A stretch of 64,000 bases of DNA from the NCBI GenBank assembly GCA_036337275.1, contig JAYZEM010000003.1:148756-212755 (forward strand). The letters are read 5' to 3'. This DNA comes from Bacteroidota bacterium (lineage in GTDB: Bacteria; Bacteroidota; Bacteroidia; Flavobacteriales; BACL11). Within the stretch, counting starts at the first letter, position 1. Each line of letters opens with the position of its first letter. The notes beneath the pieces were generated by a model. That model was not told the DNA's origin, did no database searches, and saw only the letters and a list, made by a program, of their open reading frames with translations. This document shows, piece after piece, positions 30,201 to 39,102 of the stretch. The position numbers and the translations under genes are program-made.

Positions 30201-31415
30201 ATTAGTTGTAATAGAATTACCAATTTGATTCATATTAATATCATACCAACTAAAAGTATAAGGACCAACTCCCCCATTTAGACTAGTATTAATTTGACCA
30301 TCATTTCCTCCATTACAAGAGACTGACGTAGCAGAAACATTACTTAAGAATGCATTGTTTATATCCTCAGTAATGGTGAGAGTAAAAGTACCTAACTCAG
30401 TTGGTAAAACAGCGTCTACTACCACATAATAAGTGCCAATATCACATAACGGGGTAGCTAATTCTGACTGGAATCCACAAAAATTATCATCTGTAGCAAG
30501 AGCAGTTGCATTAGTATCATAAACCAAATACAAATAACTATCATACTGTGCACCATTGGCACCACAAACAGAAATATTTACACCTGTAGGATTTGTTATA
30601 TTAAAAGCATAAATAACATCATTTCCGGAACTTGCATTATAATAGTCAGTATAGCATTCATTGCTGTTGAAATGAATAAGAGGAGTGCCAGGATTCAGGT
30701 TTCCTAGATCAATAGCATTCGCAAATGAAGTGCCTTTGGTATATCGCCAAAAGGTCTCAATTCTTGGCTTATAATAACCATCAGTATTTGGCGCACCAGG
30801 CTGAGAACTAATATTCACACATCCACTCCCATTAATATAGCCATGTGAATACCACTGACATGGAGGTCCACTTCTATATGTTAGTCCTTGAAAAAATGGA
30901 TCGGCATCACATCTATAATCATCTCCTGTTTCTACACCAATACATAAACCAAAAAGAAATACACCACAACACTCAATATCTTGCCATGTGCAAACTGTCC
31001 CGCTAGCACAAAATCCCAAAAGATTATCAGATGGTAAATCATCTTCCCAAGCATCTATTTTCAAATCTAAACTTTGTGGAACAGTAGAGTTTGAAAAAGA
31101 AAAAGATGCAAACGTATTGTTAAAATCTGTAGAGTTAGCACCTCCAGTAGTTGGAGTAAAATTCAAATCCTGATTACAAGCACCACCTGTCCACGGATAA
31201 GTATTTAAGTTATCTTTAGTCCAAATTTTAAAACTAAGTTCATCCGGAGCAAAACCTATACCCAATAAAGCCTCATCAGTAGCTGCAAAACTACCCTGCA
31301 CCTCTCGTAGTTTCACTTGCAAATCAATTGGACCATCGTTATAGCTTTGTGCAAATAGCAAGCAATTACAGAGAGAAAAAGAAGTAATAAGAAATAAATA
31401 AAAACGTTTCTTCAC
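27219..31415 (-). CDS. Giant T9SS type-B cargo protein: Cys-rich N-domain, PPC-like domain, 2 SprB repeats, 8 Ig-like (CHU_C-associated type) repeats, an unassigned PW module, a PKD domain and the type-B CTD
   Basis: 1398 aa with a signal peptide. SprB-type CNGGNDGQI and CYGVADGSA are present. There are eight units of about 75 aa of the form ICxGxSVxLxASGAxxYxWSPxxGL...TTYxVxGxDxNxC. The PKD signature is WMWEFGDG. The CTD reads LYIPDVFSPNGDRLNDEF...NRWGDVIF. Confidence 0.85.
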   Translation of the reverse strand: MKKRFYLFLITSFSLCNCLLFAQSYNDGPIDLQVKLREVQGSFAATDEALLGIGFAPDELSFKIWTKDNLNTYPWTGGACNQDLNFTPTTGGANSTDFNNTFASFSFSNSTVPQSLDLKIDAWEDDLPSDNLLGFCASGTVCTWQDIECCGVFLFGLCIGVETGDDYRCDADPFFQGLTYRSGPPCQWYSHGYINGSGCVNISSQPGAPNTDGYYKPRIETFWRYTKGTSFANAIDLGNLNPGTPLIHFNSNECYTDYYNASSGNDVIYAFNITNPTGVNISVCGANGAQYDSYLYLVYDTNATALATDDNFCGFQSELATPLCDIGTYYVVVDAVLPTELGTFTLTITEDINNAFLSNVSATSVSCNGGNDGQINTSLNGGVGPYTFSWYDINMNQIGNSITTNNNIDSLTGLSVGSYIYQIADFNNCIISDTVLIDEPNPISLSTSTTSTSCYGVADGSAGVSVLSGGTPPFSYSWNSVPIQNNPSAVFLSAGNYQVVAIDLNGCSDSTVITILEPPPVSVSINTTTSAICPGGSINLSAIGANSYSWSPANWLNTNIGSSVISTPASAISYVVTGTDINGCSNTDTISISLIQSISVAVNPPNPTGCLGEDIYVNLSAGPNVTYSWDPPSAVSVPGTPGSSFLLSPQNSTNYQVFVNYGVGCVDTISVPLTLLPVPSINVTSNPSICEGSSVALMATGTNNYTWFPSTGLNSTIGAVVTATPSVSTTYNVVGQDANGCKDTTTTTVSVSPNPVLSVFPSNPTMCMGDTSILYVSGANTYIWSPNIAISSTTVDTVSIFPVVNTTYNVLGIDSLGCSSIANIPVIVNPPPTVSSSATTSICLGGSVILTASGAVQYNWSPSSTLSSSIGSSVSATPTVNTTYLVTGIDANACSATSSTMVNVLPLPTLQISPTITTICDGESVTLTASGASTYLWSPALGLNTTSGTSVVATPNISTTYVVAGTDINNCSDIISTNITVNPLPNVSVQPAIASICEGSSVSVNAFGANNYTWSPSTGLNTSVGNTVVANPQSTIDYTINGTDVNNCTNTANLHVDVGVLPIISVSPISPKICEGSSITLSASGATNFSWTPSIGLSATSGGTVNASPLTTTTYNVVGADLNNCADSILITVNVNPLPRATITPNSGGTICSEDSALIIVQLSGNPPWDILHTINGTVQANINTMSNPLLIYANTDGDYDIVSVTDDNGCSNVGSGNANVQLLYTPFANFDFYPQTTTILDPTITFTNNSMLAYSWMWEFGDGFSNSTDFSPIHDYFDVGTYQVSLVVFNGVCSDTATAQIIIDPVFTLYIPDVFSPNGDRLNDEFIPIGEGISNYEIFIFNRWGDVIFNSTNLNQYWDGSINDSKIAPSGQYSYIINVVDDMQVSHTFKGHLLLQK
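28002..29858 (-). repeat. Eight tandem Ig-like domain coding units (about 230-bp period) inside the 1398-aa gene
   Basis: I counted the repeated IC(E/D/L/P)G-SV-L-ASGA-Y-WSP motifs in the product at aa 520-1138. Coordinates are converted from residue counts. Confidence 0.75.
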
Positions 31416-31609
31416 GCTAAGAATTTATGTCGTAAAACTAAAAATTTTTATTAACATAAAAAAGCGTGCTAAATTGGAAGGACTTTCTTTTTTAAATTTT
31501 GGTATCCTTTTATTGTAAAATCAATTTTTGATTAATCATCCATTTCCTTGAAAAGTATTAATGTAAACCAAATTCTAAAGGACACAAACAAACAAGAATA
31601 AACTAATTG

Positions 31610-31617
31610 TATCTTTG
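31610..31617 (+). promoter_or_regulatory. -7 box TATCTTTG, 4 nt upstream of the truA ATG at 31622
   Basis: Perfect TAnnTTTG. It lies inside the longer ORF-track version (31607) and supports the MRFFIELSYNG start. Confidence 0.5.
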
Positions 31618-31621
31618 CCCA

Positions 31622-32362
31622 ATGCGATTTTTTATTGAGTTATCTTACAATGGTAAGCATTATCATGGTTGGCAAGTCCAACCAAATGCCAACACTGTAC
31701 AAGCAGAATTAAACAAGGCACTTTCCACTATTTTAAACAATTCAATAACTGTTGTAGGTGCTGGACGAACAGATTCCGGCGTGCATGCTAAAGAGATGTT
31801 TGCGCACTTTGACACCCAAATTGCTTTTGATAGAGATAAGTTTTTAATGCAGTTTAATGGTTTTTTGCCAAATGATATTGCAGTTCATAATATTTTTAAA
31901 GTTACGGATGATGCGCACGCACGCTTTGATGCCATAAGCCGAACTTATCAGTATTTTATCACAAATAAGAAGAACCCTTTTAATCCTAATATTTATTATC
32001 ATTACAAGCCATTGGATGTTGATGCTATGAATATGGCATGCCAACATCTTTTAGGGGAGCAAGATTTTACTTCTTTTTCAAAACTACATACACAAACCCA
32101 TACTAATAATTGTAACTTGATGTTTGCAACTTGGCAACAAAAAGAAGAGGAACTTATTTTTACTGTAAAAGCAGATCGTTTTTTACGAAATATGGTACGT
32201 GCAATTGTCGGTACAATGCTTGAAGTAGGCGAAGGGAAAATTAAAGCAGAAAATATAATCGAAATAATTGCAAAGAAAGACAGAAGCCAGGCCGGTTTTT
32301 CTGTTCCAGCACACGCGCTTTTTCTTACAGAGATTGAATATCCAAAACCCTATAACTTATAA
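31622..32362 (+). CDS. truA: tRNA pseudouridine(38-40) synthase TruA
   Basis: The start is typical (MRFFIELSYNGKHYHGWQVQPN), and the catalytic Asp motif is GAGRTDSGVHA. It is about 246 aa. Confidence 0.9.
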   Translation: MRFFIELSYNGKHYHGWQVQPNANTVQAELNKALSTILNNSITVVGAGRTDSGVHAKEMFAHFDTQIAFDRDKFLMQFNGFLPNDIAVHNIFKVTDDAHARFDAISRTYQYFITNKKNPFNPNIYYHYKPLDVDAMNMACQHLLGEQDFTSFSKLHTQTHTNNCNLMFATWQQKEEELIFTVKADRFLRNMVRAIVGTMLEVGEGKIKAENIIEIIAKKDRSQAGFSVPAHALFLTEIEYPKPYNL

Positions 32363-32363
32363 A

Positions 32364-34124
32364 ATGCCTACTAGCAAAACCGGAGAAATAGTAGATTATA
32401 AATTACTTAGAAGAGTCTTAACATTTGCTGAGCCTTACAAATATAAAATGTGGCTTACAGCAATTTTTGCAATTCTCTTGGCTTTTTTAGCACCATTACG
32501 TCCGCTTCTTATCAACTATGCGCTAGATGCTTATGTGCTTATCCCTAATTTGGCAATGTTGTTTCAAATTACAATTTTAATGATTGGTATTTTAGCTGTA
32601 GAATCCATAGTTCAATTTTATTACATTTATTATGCTGCCTGGATTGGACAACATGTAATTAAAGATCTAAGAGGAAAAATTTACAAGCACATTATTAGTT
32701 TAAAACTATCCTTTTTTGACAAAACCCCTATCGGAACAGTAGTTACGCGTACCATTTCAGATATTGAAACTATTGCGGCCATTTTTTCAGAGGGATTACT
32801 CATCATTATTGCAGAATTACTCAAAATAGTTGTTATTTTATTGGTAATGCTCTATACGGATATAAAGCTCACAATAGTTTCTTTAGCTACCATTCCATTA
32901 TTGCTAATTGCAACTCTCTGGTTTAAGCGTTCAATTAAATCTGCATTCCAACAAGTACGTATACAAGTATCTGTAATAAATGCGTTTATTCAAGAGCATA
33001 TTGTTGGTATGAATATCGTTCAAATATTTGTGCGAGAGAAGGCAGAATATCAAAAATTCAAAAAAATAAATAAAGCACATCAGGATGCGCATATTCGCTC
33101 CATTTTATATTATTCTATTTTCTTTCCTGTTGTTGAAATTTTATCTGCTTCTTCCATTGGGCTTATTATTTGGTGGGGAGGCAGTGCTATTTTAAGTGGT
33201 AGTGGCGTAACTTTTGGAGAATTAGTTGCTTTTATTTTGTATATCCATATGCTTTTTCGTCCTATTCGTCAATTGGCTGATAGATTCAATATTCTTCAAA
33301 TGGGTATTGTAGGTTCGGAAAGGGTTTTCAGAATTTTAGATACTAATCAAAAAATTCAAGATAGTGGCACTTTGGTTTTGGAAAATGTAAAAGGAGAGAT
33401 TCGTTTTCAGGATGTTTATTTTGCCTACAACAAAGAAAACTGGGTACTGAAAGATATCAATTTTGAGATTCAAGCAGGAAAAACTTTGGCATTAGTTGGC
33501 GAAACTGGTGCAGGAAAAACATCTGTCACTAATGTGCTTAATCGCTCTTATGATACACAAAAAGGAACAATTTATGTAGATAATCAATCCATTAAAGATC
33601 TAATGCTATCTTCTTTGCGGGAACAAATTGCTTTTGTTCAGCAAGAAGTGTTTTTATTTTCAGATAGCATTTTCAATAACATTACACTCTATGATGAACA
33701 TATAAGTACAAAAGAAGTAAAAGCAGCAGCAAAACAAATTGGAATAGACGATTTTATTTGCGCATTACCTGGAGGATATGCGTATAAAGTTGGGGAAAGA
33801 GGTATTACCCTTTCAACTGGGCAAAGACAACTGATCGCATTTTTAAGGGTGTATGTGCGCAATCCAAAAATTCTAATTTTAGATGAAGCAACTTCTTCAA
33901 TAGACACAGAAACGGAACAATTGTTGCAGAATGCTTTGGAAAAATTAGCAGAGAATCGCACCTTAATTATAGTTGCACACAGGCTTTCTACAATCAGAAA
34001 TTCAGATAAAATTTTGCTTTTCAAGGATGGTGAAATTCTAGAGCAAGGTCCACATGAGGATTTAATGAAACAAGAAGGAGTTTATCATAAGATGTACAGT
34101 ACGCAACAATTCTCTGGAAACTGA
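32364..34124 (+). CDS. ABC exporter, fused permease/ATPase half-transporter (MsbA/MdlB-like)
   Basis: I prefer the start at MPTSKTGEIVDYKLLRRVL, because the track's 32268 start overlaps truA. It has 6 TM helices, Walker A GETGAGKTS, the signature LSTGQRQ and Walker B ILILDEATS. Confidence 0.85.
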   Translation: MPTSKTGEIVDYKLLRRVLTFAEPYKYKMWLTAIFAILLAFLAPLRPLLINYALDAYVLIPNLAMLFQITILMIGILAVESIVQFYYIYYAAWIGQHVIKDLRGKIYKHIISLKLSFFDKTPIGTVVTRTISDIETIAAIFSEGLLIIIAELLKIVVILLVMLYTDIKLTIVSLATIPLLLIATLWFKRSIKSAFQQVRIQVSVINAFIQEHIVGMNIVQIFVREKAEYQKFKKINKAHQDAHIRSILYYSIFFPVVEILSASSIGLIIWWGGSAILSGSGVTFGELVAFILYIHMLFRPIRQLADRFNILQMGIVGSERVFRILDTNQKIQDSGTLVLENVKGEIRFQDVYFAYNKENWVLKDINFEIQAGKTLALVGETGAGKTSVTNVLNRSYDTQKGTIYVDNQSIKDLMLSSLREQIAFVQQEVFLFSDSIFNNITLYDEHISTKEVKAAAKQIGIDDFICALPGGYAYKVGERGITLSTGQRQLIAFLRVYVRNPKILILDEATSSIDTETEQLLQNALEKLAENRTLIIVAHRLSTIRNSDKILLFKDGEILEQGPHEDLMKQEGVYHKMYSTQQFSGN

Positions 34125-34171
34125 GTACATAAGAAATAAAATCTATATTTTTCTAAAATAACTATTATTGT

Positions 34172-34179
34172 TAATTTTG
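34172..34179 (+). promoter_or_regulatory. -7 box TAATTTTG, 4 nt upstream of the ATG at 34184
   Basis: Perfect TAnnTTTG. The sequence reads TAATTTTG-tatc-ATG. Confidence 0.5.
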
Positions 34180-34183
34180 TATC

Positions 34184-36259
34184 ATGAAAAAGTCCATAAG
34201 TGCTGTTGTTGTTTTTCTATTACTATTTCAATGTAGTTTTGCTCAAATAATTATTGATAAAACAGCACCTTACGATTCGCCAACATGGCTTATTGACAAA
34301 ATCTTACTTGGAGGAGGAATTGTTGCTTCTAATCATTCTTATCAAGGAGATAGTATGCAAGTTGGCTTTTTTAATGCTATAGTTACAAATTTAGGTTTAG
34401 ATAGCGGTATTGTTATGGCAACAGGAGATATAGATTTGTTAGATCCTAATTTTATAGGTTTTGGTGGCACTCCTCCCAATACCGTAACAGATCCTGATTT
34501 ACTTTCAGTTGCCAATTCTGTGCCGCCTCTTATAGGGCAAACTTTCTCGGTTTCTTCTATTAATGATGTGGCAATATTGGAATTTGATTTTATCCCCACT
34601 TCTGATACAGTAAAATTCCGTTATGTTTTTGGCTCGCAAGAATACCATACTTTTGAAAACACTCAGTACAATGATGTATTTGGATTTTTTCTTTCTGGTC
34701 CAGGAATTACAGGGCCTTACTCTTCTCCACCAAGTCATCCTAATGGTTCTATCAATTTAGCCATTGTACCTAACTCCAACCCCCCATTACCTATCACAAT
34801 ATCGTCTGTTCATAATGGACAAAATGGAACTATTACCCCATTAAATGCACAATATTTTGTAGATAATTCGGCTCTTACCTTTATTGGGGATGCAGATGGA
34901 TTCACTACTGTACTAACCGCCACAACTGTTGTGCAATGTGGTGAGAGTTATCATATTCGTTTAGCTATAGCAGATGGTTCCGATCAGGGTTTAAGTTCAT
35001 ATGTCTGGCTTGAAGCAGGAAGTTTTACTTCTCCTACATTGGATATTGTTGATAATTTGAATATCGATTCTACATTTATGGAAATTGGTTGTAATGATTC
35101 TATTGTCTTAACGGCTGATGGTGGCACAGGAGCCACTTATCAGTGGTATGATAACAGTAATACTGTTATAAGCACCGATTCCTTTATTGTGGTAGGTTCG
35201 GGGGAATATTGGGTAGAAGCAATTTCCGGAGGCTGCTCTATTTCTTCCGATACACTTATTGTTTACGTTAAACCTCCGCCTACATTTGATTTAGGTGCAG
35301 ACTACAATATTCCGTGCAATACAACCGCCCTGATTGATCCTTTTGTAACAGGTGGTACAGGTAATTACAATTATAGTTGGAACACAGGAAGTATTGATAC
35401 TTTTCTAACAATTGGACAAGGGTTTTATCATTTAACCATTGATGATGGAACTGGATGTTTGGCAGTAGATTCAATCACCATTACAGAGGACGCTCCACCT
35501 ACAGCAACAATTTCAGGAGGTGGGAGTGTTTGTGATGATGGTACAATGGTAACTATTGATTTTGATTATACAGGCTTACTTCCTTGGAATTTAAGTTATA
35601 CAGATGGTACAAATAATATTACACAAAGTTCATTAAGTGCATCAAATTACAAGTTTAACACACTAATTTCAGGAAGTTATACTATTACTCAAGTAACAGA
35701 TGTAAATGGTTGTATTGCAAATGCTATAGGCTTGGCACAAGTACAAATAAACCCTATTCCAAATGCTGTAATTTCTCCAGGAAACACTACTATTTACATC
35801 GGACAAACAATAACTTTAAATACTGGAGATTTTGTTTTTTATAATTGGTACAATGATGCGGACTCTCTTATGGGTAATACGCAACAAATTGAAGTAAATC
35901 AAGAGGGCGGTTATTATGTATGGGTGGAAGATGCTAATGGGTGTACAGATATTGCAGAAATTGTACAGATTACATTACTACCAAAAACCGAACTTTTCGT
36001 ACCAACGGCATTTACACCTAATGGAGATTCTCATAACGATGTGTTTGTTATTAAAGGGGATTTTATCAATTCTTTTCAGATGGATGTGGTAAATAGGTGG
36101 GGAGAAGTAATATTTAGTACTAATTCTATTGATAAGTATTGGGACGGGAAATTTGAAGGTCAAGCAGTTACGCAAGGTAGTTATTATTACAATATAAAAA
36201 TTCTTGGTGTTGACGAAAAAACATTTGTTAAACAAGGTACAATTGAAGTGATTTATTAA
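34184..36259 (+). CDS. T9SS type-B cargo protein with an N-terminal choice-of-anchor-L-like domain, Ig-like modules and a type-B CTD
   Basis: It has a signal peptide. Residues 30-285 carry GLDSGIVMATGD...DPDL...ILEFDFIPTSDTVKFRYVFGSQEY...YNDVFGFFLSGPGI, a choice-of-anchor-L pattern. The CTD reads LFVPTAFTPNGDSHNDVF...NRWGEVIF. Confidence 0.75.
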   Translation: MKKSISAVVVFLLLFQCSFAQIIIDKTAPYDSPTWLIDKILLGGGIVASNHSYQGDSMQVGFFNAIVTNLGLDSGIVMATGDIDLLDPNFIGFGGTPPNTVTDPDLLSVANSVPPLIGQTFSVSSINDVAILEFDFIPTSDTVKFRYVFGSQEYHTFENTQYNDVFGFFLSGPGITGPYSSPPSHPNGSINLAIVPNSNPPLPITISSVHNGQNGTITPLNAQYFVDNSALTFIGDADGFTTVLTATTVVQCGESYHIRLAIADGSDQGLSSYVWLEAGSFTSPTLDIVDNLNIDSTFMEIGCNDSIVLTADGGTGATYQWYDNSNTVISTDSFIVVGSGEYWVEAISGGCSISSDTLIVYVKPPPTFDLGADYNIPCNTTALIDPFVTGGTGNYNYSWNTGSIDTFLTIGQGFYHLTIDDGTGCLAVDSITITEDAPPTATISGGGSVCDDGTMVTIDFDYTGLLPWNLSYTDGTNNITQSSLSASNYKFNTLISGSYTITQVTDVNGCIANAIGLAQVQINPIPNAVISPGNTTIYIGQTITLNTGDFVFYNWYNDADSLMGNTQQIEVNQEGGYYVWVEDANGCTDIAEIVQITLLPKTELFVPTAFTPNGDSHNDVFVIKGDFINSFQMDVVNRWGEVIFSTNSIDKYWDGKFEGQAVTQGSYYYNIKILGVDEKTFVKQGTIEVIY

Positions 36260-36272
36260 GAATGAAAATTAC

Positions 36273-36280
36273 TATTTTTG
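36273..36280 (+). promoter_or_regulatory. -7 box TATTTTTG, 4 nt upstream of the ATG at 36285
   Basis: Perfect TAnnTTTG. The sequence reads TATTTTTG-catt-ATG. Confidence 0.5.
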
Positions 36281-36284
36281 CATT

Positions 36285-39014
36285 ATGAAAAGAATCTTCC
36301 AGTTTTTAGTTGTCTGCATAATCACTCAAACTTTAACGGCCCAGAACACGGATTGGGTTTTATCGTTTGGAGGAACAGAATCTGATAAAGGCATCTCTAT
36401 TGGAACAGACTCATTGGGTTATATTTATGTAAGTGGGTATTACAATACAGAAGCTACTTTTGGAAGTATAACTTTATCAAACTCTCCTGCTTTTGGAACA
36501 AATAAAGAAGTCTTTTTGATGAAATTAGATTCTTTAGGTAATGTTCTTTGGGCAATAGCTGGAGGAGATCAGACTGGAAGTTGTTGTGATGATAGGGCAT
36601 TAGGTATGCATGTTACACCTGGGGGGTATGTTTATTTAACAGGAACATTCTGGTCCACATTTAACATAGGAACTTGTAGTGTTGGAACAGGGTCAAATCC
36701 TGGAAATCAACATGACTCCTCTTTATTAACAAAGATTGATCCAAATGGTAATTGTGTTTGGGCAAGGAGTTTTGGATGTGATAATACATCTGGTGGTTGT
36801 CCTTATCCTATTTATGATGCTGATGACCATTCATATGATGTAAAAGTAGATCAAAATGGATTTATCTATGTGACTGGATTTTTCTCTGGTTATGATGCTG
36901 ATTTTGATGCTATAACCATAACTAATTCTACTTGGGGCACTACATGTACACCTTTAGGGTATATCGCGAAATTTGATGATAATGGAAATGTAATTTGGGC
37001 TGATAAATTTGATGGTATAAAAGATGCAAGAGGTTCAAGAGACAATCGTATAGCTATTGATTCGTATTCTAATATCTATGTAAGTGGGGGATTTGAGAAT
37101 ACAGCTAACTTTGGCCCTTTTTCATTAGCCTCAGTCGGAGAGTGGGATGCTTTTATATTTAAAATGGATAAAGATGGGAACTGGATTTGGGCAAGAGGAG
37201 TAGGTAGTAATAAAACTGATAGAGCAAACTCTATCGCAGTAGATGTATGTGACGATGTTTATATTACTGGGGAATATAGAAATCCGATGGTATTTCAAGG
37301 CGCTAATGCTTCCAATGGAACAGATACTTTAAGTCATAAGCAAAAAAGAGATGTCTTTGTTGCTAAAATAAATGCTAATGGCGATTGGCAATGGGCTAAG
37401 AGAGCAAGAAGTTCTGGAACCGATAAATCCTATCAAATGTCGGTAGACAGGAACAAGCAAGTATTTGTCTGTGGAACCATGGGAGATTCAGCTAAATTCT
37501 CTTCTGGATTGTCGGTTCCACCTCAAATTACTGGTGATACTACGATGTCTGCTTGGGTTGCACAAATAGATGGAACTACCAATGCTGCTAACTGGGTTTG
37601 GGCTAAAATGGCGGGTTCAGATACTGATGATGATGACAGAACAAATGATATTTGCCCAGATGGATTTGGGAATGTTTATGCTGTTGGATTCTTTGAAGAT
37701 TTTTCTAATTTTGATGGTATAGTTCTAAATGCCTCTGGAAGAAAAAAAGATATTTTTGTTTGGAAAATGAGTATGACGCCTGGCAGTTTTACAGTCAGTA
37801 ATATTTATGATACTGTTTATGTAGATTCCACTGTATACAATCCTGCAGATTCTGGAGTTTCAGTAATCAGTAGTTTTACAATAAACGGTTGCGATACTAT
37901 TTTTACTGATTCAATTATTCATAAAAGATATGCTGTTCGCGTCATGTATGATGTAAATCCAGCAGGAACTGCAACAATTGATATTAATGGTAACAATATA
38001 AGTGTTTTCCCATCTACACTAGAATATTTTTATGGGGATGCTGTTAATCTTTCAACCAACATTAATGCAGGTTGGTACTTTGGTAGTTGGAGTTCCTTTT
38101 ATAATACGCTTAACACCAACACGACAGATCCAACGAATTTTGTGGCTATTTTTGATGATACTATTATTTTGAATATCAATGTAATTCCTCCAGTGTCTGC
38201 TTACATTTATGGAAACGATACAATTTGTACTAATGAGAGTAATCCTGCACAAATAGGTATTGATTTTGTTGGATTTCCTCCATTTACTTTTGTCTATGCA
38301 ATTGATGGAGTAAATCAACCAGTTATTTCAACAACTGCTAATCCTTACATAATTAACACCACTACTGCTGGTATTTATTCACTTACTTCTATGTCAGATT
38401 TACTTGGGGTGGGTCTAACTACAGGATCTGCAATTGTAGTTATTCATGACGCTCCAACTGCTAGGTTTAGTATTGCACCAGATACTGTCACCATCAATTA
38501 TCCTACTGCTCATTTTGTAGATGAAACTCAAGGAAAAATTGTAGACTGGTATTGGAATTTTGACGATAATTCAGTGGACAGTATGATTGCAAAGGTGTAT
38601 CATGCTTTTCCAGATTCTATTGGTTTGTATCAAATCACTTTAATTGTAACAGATGAAAATGGCTGTTCCGACACTACCTTAAATCAATTATGGGTACAGA
38701 ATGAATTTTGGATTTATCTACCTAGTGGGTTTACTCCCGATTTTGATGGTGTAAATGATAAATTTTGCCTGAGCTATAATGGAATTAGAATTGAGACCTT
38801 TTATATCAACATATATGATAGGAATTCTGGGCTTGTATTTTCTTCCAATAACATTGATGATATGTTATGTGAATTAGATGCTAAAGCATGGGATGGCACG
38901 CATAAGGATTCTAGTGAAGAATTACCAATGGGCACCTATATCTACGAAATATATTTTCAAGATTTTGAAGGTTGGAAGCACCAAGATAGAGGCTACATCT
39001 ATTTGATTCGCTAA
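36285..39014 (+). CDS. T9SS type-B cargo protein with an SBBP-type beta-propeller repeat region, an InlB-B-repeat-like domain, the PW-type module, a degenerate PKD and a type-B CTD
   Basis: It has a signal peptide. About 8 repeats follow the pattern D.g.gI..D..G.iYvtG.f....F......G..D.F..K.d..G...W (aa 25-495). WYFGSWSS marks a divergent InlB B-repeat pattern. The degenerate PKD signature is WYWNFDDN. The CTD reads IYLPSGFTPDFDGVNDKF. Confidence 0.75.
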   Translation: MKRIFQFLVVCIITQTLTAQNTDWVLSFGGTESDKGISIGTDSLGYIYVSGYYNTEATFGSITLSNSPAFGTNKEVFLMKLDSLGNVLWAIAGGDQTGSCCDDRALGMHVTPGGYVYLTGTFWSTFNIGTCSVGTGSNPGNQHDSSLLTKIDPNGNCVWARSFGCDNTSGGCPYPIYDADDHSYDVKVDQNGFIYVTGFFSGYDADFDAITITNSTWGTTCTPLGYIAKFDDNGNVIWADKFDGIKDARGSRDNRIAIDSYSNIYVSGGFENTANFGPFSLASVGEWDAFIFKMDKDGNWIWARGVGSNKTDRANSIAVDVCDDVYITGEYRNPMVFQGANASNGTDTLSHKQKRDVFVAKINANGDWQWAKRARSSGTDKSYQMSVDRNKQVFVCGTMGDSAKFSSGLSVPPQITGDTTMSAWVAQIDGTTNAANWVWAKMAGSDTDDDDRTNDICPDGFGNVYAVGFFEDFSNFDGIVLNASGRKKDIFVWKMSMTPGSFTVSNIYDTVYVDSTVYNPADSGVSVISSFTINGCDTIFTDSIIHKRYAVRVMYDVNPAGTATIDINGNNISVFPSTLEYFYGDAVNLSTNINAGWYFGSWSSFYNTLNTNTTDPTNFVAIFDDTIILNINVIPPVSAYIYGNDTICTNESNPAQIGIDFVGFPPFTFVYAIDGVNQPVISTTANPYIINTTTAGIYSLTSMSDLLGVGLTTGSAIVVIHDAPTARFSIAPDTVTINYPTAHFVDETQGKIVDWYWNFDDNSVDSMIAKVYHAFPDSIGLYQITLIVTDENGCSDTTLNQLWVQNEFWIYLPSGFTPDFDGVNDKFCLSYNGIRIETFYINIYDRNSGLVFSSNNIDDMLCELDAKAWDGTHKDSSEELPMGTYIYEIYFQDFEGWKHQDRGYIYLIR

Positions 39015-39102
39015 AAATAAAGCTCTGTTAACAACATTCTAATCTGCTTGTAATTGCTCAGTTCAATTTTTGTAAATTGGATCTTCAAAAAATTTACATT
39101 AA

